32,027 bases of DNA, from positions 1-32,027 of the forward strand of contig MU271567.1 in NCBI GenBank assembly GCA_021432655.1. The letters are read 5' to 3'. The stretch is from Atractiella rhizophila (taxonomy: Eukaryota). A program made the position numbers and the translations under genes. Below the pieces are notes generated by a model. It saw only the letters and a program-made list of their open reading frames with translations, ran no database searches and had not been told where the DNA came from. Below, piece after piece: positions 23,222-32,027 of this stretch; position 1 is the first letter of the stretch; every line of letters starts with the position of its first letter.

Positions 23222-25991
23222 CTAGTGACGTACAGGTACTCGCTCCTTTCCCTTGGTTCCTTGGTCCTACGTATGGTTTCTTCCGTTTCTATTGTTCATG
23301 ACGCGGTTAATCTTACGCTATGTCGGAGCACTTGTGATTTATTAGTAGTTACATACGACATTCACTTTCTTCTGTCGCATGAGACGAAGAACATGCAAAC
23401 AGCCGCTCGTCGTTCTAGTCGTTAACAGCGCAACTCTCTTATGTACTAGGTGTGATAGGAGTACAGTCAAAGATATAAGTTAGCCCATCTGCTTTCGTTA
23501 TGAGTATTTTCGCCAGTTCGACTTTCGGTCTCCCTTCTACTTTTACTCCTACTTTATCGAACGAAGGAGTTCTCCCTGGTGTAGCCAAGGCTATCTCTTG
23601 GACGTTTGTTTGCTGTAACTCACCGAGGAAGCTTTCTACCCTATTGGCGAGTGTATTATGGCTTCTTTTTCACTTGTGGGCGGTTCTAAGCATGAAAGCA
23701 GTAGTGCGAAGGGTCGCTACCCGCCTGCTATGGCATTGGGTAGCTCTGTTCCTCCTCGTTCTTTTTCCTATCACTTAAGGCCGGGCGCAAGTTCTACCGT
23801 TGTTCCTGCTCTTCCTGTGCTGGCTTTGGACGTCTCGGCATGCGCAACTCCATGCGTATCATTGGACAGTTTGCGTAGTTGAAAGGGGGGACCTCTACTG
23901 GTACCTTTTGTATGGGGTTTATCTTTGGTAGAGCTGTTACTCTTTGTCTTACCACGGCCATTATATTACGACAGTTGCTACCAAAGGCAGTCGAGGCGAG
24001 TGGAGGGTCTCGTTCTTTGGTTGTGTGGACCTATCCGTTGTTTAGAAGGGCTTTGAAGGTCGTAACGGTTGGGGTACAGCGAGGGTCACGGTCCATCTGT
24101 TCTTGTTCTCACGGCATCTTTTGCTGAAACCCCATAAGCGACCGTCCATCTATAGGAAACTTTCACAATGACTTCAGTTGGTGCGGAAGTATTATCGAAA
24201 GAAGAGGACGAAGAGGCAGGCGAGGACGGTGACAATTCCAGTGTCCTTGGCAGGGTTGCGTTATCATTGGTCACGCTCCTTAAAGCATAGAAAGGTGTGG
24301 CAGGGCCAGTATAAGACCAAGCCGCATAACCCCTATTCCTTTTTGTATGGCTTTGCCGGAAAGAGGAGGAGATCCACATTTACACAACAGGTTTATCAAC
24401 ATCAACACTAAGGGAAAGGTAGGCCATCACTTTGCTACTTTAAGGGGTTTAGCCGTGACAGCGTATTTGGTCTACTATGACTTCTACCTCACGTCTGCAT
24501 ATAAGCGATTGTTGTGTCAAATCGTCCCGGCCATTCTCCTCTTACTCTGAATGTAGTAGGGGGGTAAGTAAGAGGTGTAACCACGGTCACCCTAGTTGGG
24601 GGTTTATTGCACGTAGGCGGGTAAGCATTTGATGTTCTCGCTCCATGGGGAAACTTCTTCCCGGTTTCTACTGACCGCGGCCCTGCCCAGTCGTACAAAG
24701 TTTTATCCAACTCAAGCGCGAAGGTCTTACTCTTTTCTGGACGAAACTACGGGTCACAGAGTTCTACGTTTCATAGGATTTACCATGCTGATATAGTTGG
24801 TTTTATCTCGCTCCGACGCGGCTTCGTGTCGTCCTGACACGCTCGAAAGGTCGATGAGACGGTTTGAGAATCATTTACGGCATTTTGGTTTTTAGTAGGG
24901 GCCGCTTTTCGTAACCTGTACCCTTCAACCCTTGTCGAACCGTCGAAGTACCGACTCCAATGAACGGGTCCAACTACGACACGTGTTCCTCCTTCCGTCG
25001 TCGTATAAGACGGTAAGTTAAGTGTTTTACAACGATTTCGTCTATAAGGCCGGTTGTTATAGGGTCCGTGTTTCTCTTCTTCTCGAGTGAAAGCTATTTA
25101 CCCAGACGACGGGGACGGTGCAAGCGGAAGGGGGTGTAGGGTCTCGTGTGAACAGAGCTGTAGCTAAGACTGCAATAAAGATGGACTATGCGACGGCGGC
25201 TTCGCTCGTCGTTTGCTCTCATTAGGGTTGTAGAACGAATAGGTGTCACCACACCAACAAACCGCATTAAACTTTTCTACCGTCAGCCTCTTAATCTCAA
25301 AGGAACAGGTTACAAACTCGGGGAACATACGCCGATAGGGAGTACATTGTTAACGTTTATCCGCTGTTAAAAACAGTACTGAAAACTTAAATGCTAGTTT
25401 GAAGAGTGGTCAGTTCAGTCCGTATTCAATGTAGTTCTTTAGTTCCCGGGGAGTCTTTTAAGCATCTACCCTCGAGCCGCGAGGGTACAAGGGATTTAGG
25501 ACCTACTTCTCTCTCACCCTGTTAGAAAATTCAAGGGGATGACTGGATAAGCCCCAAAGAAATGAATTCCGACCAACCCAAATGCAAGCGACTCACGCTA
25601 CGATCTTACTTTAGTGTTTGACGCTGCAAACTTTCTTTGGTCTTTCAGATGTAGGATTGTCCCACTCACGAAAGGTTGATGTGAGTTGACTTGAGCGAAA
25701 ACTTCCGCGTATTCGAGAAGCTTGACGGGAGAGTTAATTGCCAGAACGAAACAGCGGAAATGTTCATATTTGAAGTAAGAGGGAGGGAGGGTGGTGACGT
25801 CCTGAAAACGCTTCGGTTGCTTCGGGCGGGTACCAGGAGGGAACTTCCCAAGTTTAGCAAAGACGAATAGGGACGCGAGTTACTTTGAGGAGTTAGGAGG
25901 TTTGTGCATAAGTCAGTCCAGGAGTTGGAGCTGAAGTATTGGCCGGGCAAACTTAAGCCGCTACATGAGCAAGTACCCTTCCTCCAAGCTC
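23222..25991. repeat. Reversed, NOT complemented (mirror) copy of methyltransferase 3' end + intergenic + PTM1 5' two-thirds
   Basis: Read right-to-left from 25991 it gives CTCGAACCTCCTTCCCATGAACGAGTAC.. (= 14623 onward). 23627 corresponds to 16984, 23581 to 20495 and 23222 to 20854. The PTM1 ATG is read backwards at 25232-25230. Confidence 0.98.
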
Positions 25992-26420
25992 TCTTCAATC
26001 TCGTTCTCCAACCGACTCGATGAGGATTACGCTCCAGATACGTGGAAAACGCGTTGGTTCTTGCTTGATGGATGGCTCGGCCTGCTCTATCTCTCCGTTT
26101 TCGCTTCCATAGCCTTCTTGTGGAGACCCACAGCTCACAACCGCCGCCTCCTAATGTCTGACGAGCTTGCAACGGATGAAGACGATGAGCAGCTTGACAC
26201 TTTGCGACCCCATGGAGCCGAGGATGATGATGATGAAGATGAAGATGATGCGAAAGAAGGAGAGTATCGCCCTCTCACCGGAAGAAACCGTGACGGTGGC
26301 ATGAGGGTAGGGAATGATAGTCTCGTGTTCGATATTGGGGATGAGGAGGATGATGAAGATGATGAGAGGAAGGGATTGACGAGTGGAAAGAAAAAGGAAC
26401 CACCCCCGTACGAAGTTTGA
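25992..26420 (+). CDS. PTM1: PTM1/GOST last exon (copy 2); its upstream exons are in the mirrored segment
   Basis: SSISFSNRLDEDYAPDTWKTRWFLLDGW..WRPTAHNRRL..PPPYEV*; differs from copy 1 by one amino acid (N/D). Confidence 0.88.
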   Translation, partial: SSISFSNRLDEDYAPDTWKTRWFLLDGWLGLLYLSVFASIAFLWRPTAHNRRLLMSDELATDEDDEQLDTLRPHGAEDDDDEDEDDAKEGEYRPLTGRNRDGGMRVGNDSLVFDIGDEEDDEDDERKGLTSGKKKEPPPYEV

Positions 26421-26606
26421 TTGGATGCGGAATAGATTATGGACGCTCTGTGAAAATTACGGATACTACAGATTCTTTCATGTAATTTCGTCCTCCTCCG
26501 CCGAAATCAAATTGTCAGTAGTGGCTGCCGCGGCTGTGAGTTTAGGATTTGTGTTTCATTACGTTTATCAGGTCGAGTCTTGGGATACCCCGTACATCCC
26601 TCTAGC

Positions 26607-27545
26607 CTAAAGCATTGCTGGAATTCTTGCGGTTTCTTCCTCGAAGCGAACCATCTTCCTCTCCTCAAACCAGCCCCACCTCTCCAACTCCTCTACCGGC
26701 GGATCTGGGACTCTGTCTAGCGAGGGGTTACGGATGTCAACTCCCAAGGGCCAAACTGTGTGGAGTTCTAGAAGTTCTTCTTGTTCAACTTCATTCCTAG
26801 TGAATTCATGTACCCTGTCTCTGACCGTGTCCCAAAAGAAGACCCTAAAATACGGATTGCGAATGTGCCTCGCAAAAACATCTGCCTGATAGTGAGGGTC
26901 GACGAGTAGGAGGTAAAGCTCATCTGTCCTTAGCTCCCAGGGATGAAGGTCATCGGGAGGTAGCTTCCAACACATAAAATTCTCGTCGATGGCGACGTCG
27001 TCAACCCATGCCACCTTGAGATTGGTGGGAGGGATGCCATATTTGTGGTAGAATGAACGAGTGTCATTTCTAAAGTCTTCCTTGCGGTTAGCCGGTCGTT
27101 TGAATTCGAGGTTGGCGAGTCGCTCCTCGAATTGTTCCTTCCTCGCGATCTCAATGGACTTTTTGCTAGAGGCGAATGCGAGTTGCGTTAATCACCTAAT
27201 ACCCATTGGCAAACTAAGTAAAGCTCACTGGTACAATTCGTCGTCCCTTTTTTGAGCAATAATGCGCATTCGTTTCTGCCTCTCTTGAACTGTCTCCTTC
27301 TTTGGTCCCTTTATCCGTGCCTTCCGTTCCCTTAGATAATCGGCCACGGTAAAAGTATTAGGAGCTAAGATTTCCTTCGCCAACCAATGGACGTCGGTGC
27401 GCTCTTCAAAGTTGATAGGGTTGCTGATATAACTGTAACCAGGCTGAGCACGAGTCAAGAAAACAAGGGAAACTGACTCTTTCCAAAGTTGGTCCCATTC
27501 CACAGGTGTATAGACAGCCGGTTTGTCTTTTCCAAAGAGTGGCAT
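26607..27545 (-). CDS. Orphan protein, copy 2
   Basis: Same exon structure as 21472-22411 with about 9 amino-acid differences and no stops or coding indels seen. Confidence 0.7.
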
Positions 27546-30225
27546 AATACTTGGGCTGTAAATACGAACTTCTTACAGATGACGCCATGGGATATTGAAC
27601 GACGATGCAAAGAGGGGACAGGAGGCCGGTAACTTGATAACTGAGCCAGGGAACCTACAATCGACGTGGAAACCTGTGTTGAGGCAACGGAAAAAAACCT
27701 GTGGAACAAAGTGAGACTTCGTTCTCGACAAGGGATGTCATGGTGTGCTTACCAGCAGAAGGCAGCAAAGTGTCACCGTCAGAAATGGCTGCTGTCCCTT
27801 TGATCAAGTCCTTGGAATTAAAATGTAGACTGCAACGCTAACTGTCTTCTTCAAACCAAGAGTTTCTGGTTAGATGGTGGAAGACAAAGCTCGAGGGGGG
27901 AATACGGGCGGAGCGGCTGCCAAAAAGAAACCAGCACTGTTTGACAACCTTGAACTTTGCACAGCAGATCCACCCCAGGAAGCAAGTTTCGTGGTGGGAG
28001 TCAAAGTAACTTCTGCGAGATGGAGTTGAATTCGCTGCACGAGATTCAGGCAAGAACGACTTGACCAGTTGACTCGTTGATATCTGGTTAACTACCGCCG
28101 TAAAAAAGCCCTGTTGCTCCTAAAAAATCTTCCTTGACCACTGCTATCCACTTCCAATCACCAATCAGGGAGACGATTGTGGCGGATACCTTCACAGCGA
28201 AGAGCGTCAGTATGTGGCTGTTGGGAGGGACTGATGTCAGGTCCCGCACAGTGCTGCCACCGAGTCTGTCCCTGTGTCAATTCCACTGCTGGGGACGCTT
28301 TCGGTGAGGAGGGTTTCCGGTCCATCACAAGGAGGTAACAAAGGCGCTTTGACGCCGCAGGGGACACTTTGCACGTTTGATCGGATGCGTGTTTGACTTC
28401 AACCCCGTTTCGACGGTCCTGATTTTCGTTGACAGTCAAAATCAGTTAAATGGTGGATATATGGAGGTATAAATCAGCCAAGACAGCTCCCTCTGTTGAA
28501 CAGCATGCTGTTTAACCTGAGCGCTGGAGTCTTGGTTTGGGCTGGCTCGCTTTGAAGCTTTGATGCTCCATGGATGCATAGGCTTCCATCTATTTTGTCT
28601 GCCATCTGGCAGCTTAGAGGACAAGGCTGAAGAAACTTTGCTTCTTCATGGCAGTCTATGGCAGTCATGTGACCAGGAGTCTCCCGGTGTTGAGTCATCT
28701 GTCGAGCTAGCCATTGACTCGGACTGGACTGAAACGTCCAGAGACTCATGGCGCGAGGGACTTAGAAAGTGTTGAGCTAGCGAGGCGTGGACAGGGATGG
28801 CGTGCGCTCAGATCAGTTAGGTCGGCTGAGGTTCGTTACCTTTCTCCTTCTGTTGCAGAATGTGCGATCTTTGGGACGTTCCCTCGGGTTTTGTGGTATC
28901 AAGAGAGCGTTTATGACAACCGAGTTCAGCTCAGGGGCTGAGTCCTCAGCTCTGTCAGCGAGGTACACAGTTGGCTTTATGTCAAAAGGAGGCATTATGA
29001 CCAACGAGAGAAACATAGTTTCCCGGACGAACACACGCGTTTCATCGCTACCTGTTTAGAAGTGTAGCTATCATTCATTGCAGTTGGATCCCTCGTATGG
29101 TGATGATACGTTCCTTGGTCAGGAGCGACAAAGTAACAGCTGCACATTTTCACCCCATTTTGCTTGAATGGATGGTCGTATGGCTGTAAACTTGCTACGT
29201 AGTGTAGTTGTTCAGCCCAGCGTTTTTTACTAATTATCCATTAAGTTAACAATATGCTGTTGCACATCTCACATCGCCCTTCATTTATTATTTTACCCAC
29301 GCCGACGTGGTCGTGGGTGCAGCGCAGTGGTGATGGAAGTCAGACTGTTCACAATGTTTACATCGACAGCTCCCGAAACTTCGAGAGGAACTATTCAACG
29401 TTCCCCTCCAGGAACAGACGACCAACAGGAACTGGAGTTGTGCATTGGCAAATAATTGTTGCGGAATGGTCGTCTGTTGCCTGCCCGTCACGCCGATGCC
29501 AGGTCCGACATTCTCCATCCTTCCTCTCAAATATCGGTTACGGGTGGAAGGCTGAAGCCGGGGAGAGAGCGGACCGGGAAACACCGCTGTGTCATCCGCC
29601 GCCAAGTCCGCGTGAGGCGAGGAGTGTCTCTGCGCCTCTTGGGTTAATGTAGCTGGGTTAGCTGGGCCGGCTGGGTCAGTTGTTACAAACATCAATGCAA
29701 ACGCAAACCTGAGTTGGAAACTCACCAGCAGGCGTTCGTTTCGTGCATGCTAAGCAGCCAGGTTCCAATTCTTCCGACGCCGCCCAGGAATGAATTGGTC
29801 GCCCGGAGTCGCATTCCTGCGAAGTCCGGAAGCTGTATAAAGAGCGCGCCGCGGTGGTTGGAGTGGCAAAACGACTTCCAGCCCACACGGATCCATATCT
29901 CATCTCCTTGCGCGTCTAAGAGCTGCTTCGTAACGCCAAAGCAATATTGCTCTCATTCTCTCGTCACAGCACCCTGAACTAGAGATCGGCACGTCACGGA
30001 AAATACGCGGCTGCGAGCTTACTGCGTATATTCACCACGACGTCGAAGTTTGCATTCAGCAGCATCCAGAAGAGCTTTCGTGATTTCGGGATTACTTGAA
30101 GCTTTGGTCGAGTGAGCATTTGGAAGGCTGACGTGTCGTGCCCATAAAGCCAGCACCAGCTGCACGAGAACGGGACAGAGCGTAGCAGTTGCCACTGACC
30201 ACTGGGACTTCAACTGACAGGCGAC

Positions 30226-30716
30226 ATGACCTTTCTCCAACAAAATGATCGTCGTACTCTATCAGCGCCTTCCATGCTCAACGGTCAATCACTCGGTGGA
30301 GCGAATGGCGAAAATGTTTTGCATTCGGGGAACACGGCAGCACAGACCCGCCCCTTCTTCACCAATTCCATGACAAACTCCCGATTTAACCAACCAGCGA
30401 TGATCTCGAACGAACCGCAGGATGTGAACCCGAGGCCACCGCGTATATGGCCTAATCCAGAGGGTATCTTTGTTCGGGTGGAGGCATTGGAAGGTCCTAG
30501 CTGGGTCTGCTTGCGGTGGGAAAAGCTGGAGGAGTACCTCCTCGATCCCAGGAACACGGAAGGGTTACCAGAAGATGATGTTCTCAAGAGAACTGCCAAG
30601 CATCTGCAAGGTGTGTTCTTTCACATTTTCTTGTCCTGTCGCCTTGTTCATCACTTCGTCCTGTAGCCCAAGCTCAGCTCCGCGAAATGGAGCGGCGGAA
30701 GTCTGAGTCTGGGTGA
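30226..30716 (+). CDS. Hypothetical 2-exon protein (~145 aa)
   Basis: ORF MTFLQQNDRR..WVCLRWEKLEEYLLDP..KRTAKHLQ; donor GTGTGT (~30611) and acceptor CTGTAG (30666) splice in phase to AQAQLREMERRKSESG*. Confidence 0.55.
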
Positions 30717-31264
30717 AACGATGTTTACAGCTTCTTACGCCACCGCATCTCTGCGCAGATCGGAAGGAACAATCTAGAAGTCTGGACATATGGACAGTCT
30801 AGCTTCTGTCATTTGTGGATTAAAAGTATTAGGACTCTCGTCATTTTCAAGTCAGTTTCGCATAGGACTCTTGCCTCTCATTATCGTTGTCACCCAAATC
30901 TCCCTTAATTCCCTCCCGTCAAGCATCAATTGGTCTCCGATTACCCAAGCACAATGTTATCTTAGATTGCGCAGTTCTCCTTCTCTGATTCTTCTCTTTA
31001 GACGTCTGCAGCTTATCCTCCAATTGTTGCCAATACTATACCACCACTGCATGTATGATTTCCCACAGCCTAATATTGGCGCTTGTAACAATCCTTTATT
31101 CACTCCCTCAAGATTTGGCGTGTAAATTGATGGGGAGGTATTTGCAATACGGACCTGATGAGTACAATTACAACATAGTTTCATGAATAACTGGATAACT
31201 GGAATCGTGAAATAAACTCAAAGTGACAATCCTTAAACGTATAAATGTATTCATCCTGAGAGGT

Positions 31265-31648
31265 CTAATTGATGAAGGTGAGTGTCTTGGCTCTATCTCG
31301 TAAACGAGGTCGTTCCATACTCTCCTTCCCACCAAGCTTGAATAATTCCGTGCTTTCTCTTCTTATTCGAGCGTCCGTGACCTCAACAAGATGGTCTAAT
31401 AGCAGTAAAACGATACCAAGCACACCAGAGAGGACCCCGAGCACCGCGAATATGATTCCCGCAATGTCCCCTACTCCAATGTTCTGAATAGCCCCGAAGA
31501 GCGAGGAAAATGCAACCAATGGTCTATATAGCGAGGAGTTCTTTTTTTGTGAGGCTTCTTGGCGTGACTCGGTGATGTTAGGGTGCAAGAACCGTACCCG
31601 TTTAGGTGAGCTAGGTCTAGTCTCACGCATGAACAGGAAGCATTTCAT
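31265..31648 (-). CDS. Hypothetical small single-pass membrane protein
   Basis: 127-aa ORF with a hydrophobic Gly-rich stretch IAGIIFAVLGVLSGVLGIVLLLL followed by a charged tail; 5' end uncertain. Confidence 0.4.
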   Translation of the reverse strand: MKCFLFMRETRPSSPKRVRFLHPNITESRQEASQKKNSSLYRPLVAFSSLFGAIQNIGVGDIAGIIFAVLGVLSGVLGIVLLLLDHLVEVTDARIRRESTELFKLGGKESMERPRLRDRAKTLTFIN

Positions 31649-32027
31649 GGTCGTAAGTTACAAGAAAGTCCGGGTGAACAAAGTTCCCCATGCTATTTTC
31701 TAGTGTAGCAATAGTTACTGCCCTAGGGGGAATAATGTGTGGCGTGAAAGCGAGAGCTCGCGCAGTACGTTGGTCGGACCTACTTCGGACAAGGTGCAGG
31801 TCGACCTGCCGCTCGCAGGGACATACGAGAAGAGTTTACTAAAGAGGGAGTCTCTTTTAATGACTGGAATATACTTTCATTGCTTGTTGTAGCGAGAGGA
31901 CGCCAAGTATTTAAGAAGTTGCGAATAGTTTTCAGGAGTGAGGCCTATGCGACCGACGCTTTTATGTTCATCCACTTAAGTAAAGGGAAGTCAAGCAGAG
32001 AGTTCAGCCAAATCCGCAACCCACTGT

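Larger units (their letters stand above)
25992..28346 (+). repeat. Copy 2 of the ~2.35-kb duplication
   Basis: Matches 20855-23196; continues into unique sequence after 28346, where copy 1 hits the gap. Confidence 0.97.

Noticed and set aside
23225..25370. ORFs called inside the mirrored segment (e.g. 23500-23778, 23879-24127, 24086-24379)
   Set aside because: They are chance frames in backwards-written sequence; the real coding content appears only on reversal.
23222..25991. Interpretation as an inversion, inverted repeat or H-DNA mirror repeat
   Set aside because: An inversion would match as reverse complement and show PTM1 on the minus strand, which it does not. H-DNA mirrors are short, adjacent purine/pyrimidine tracts.
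25666..26420. ORFs 25666-26172 (-) and the N-terminus MSKYPSSKL of 25965-26420 (+)
   Set aside because: Both straddle the mirror junction at 25991/25992, so their novel parts are artefactual.
1..32027. tRNA, rRNA, CRISPR arrays or prokaryotic operons
   Set aside because: None seen; the DNA is intron-rich eukaryotic sequence, and most listed ORFs are exon fragments or antisense shadows.

Overview
Eukaryotic, intron-rich fungal DNA. Short GT..AG introns with CTRAC-like branch points and the protein content suggest a basidiomycete (inference). It is a scaffold of three pieces separated by two 25-N gaps: A = 1-16984, B = 17010-23196, C = 23222-32027. Recognisable genes are a GIT1-like MFS permease (-), YME1 i-AAA protease (+), a secreted Rds1-like ferritin-fold protein (-), a SAM-dependent methyltransferase (+), a PTM1/GOST seven-TM protein (+, split), acyl-CoA-binding protein ACB1 (-) and the 5' half of CDC45 (+), plus several orphan genes. 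The main structural anomalies are three. (1) 23222-25991 is a 2770-nt segment written backwards without complementation; it mirrors 14623-16984 and 20495-20854, and when read backwards it joins 25992 without gap or overlap to give a contiguous PTM1 gene. (2) In piece B, the 5' half of CDC45 is fused in frame to the 3' half of PTM1 at 20494/20495. (3) 20855-23196 and 25992-28346 are two diverged copies (probably alleles) of the same block. Recurrent single-base homopolymer frameshifts point to low-accuracy consensus. The mirror is almost certainly not biological; the CDC45-PTM1 fusion is the only candidate for new biology and needs read-level validation.
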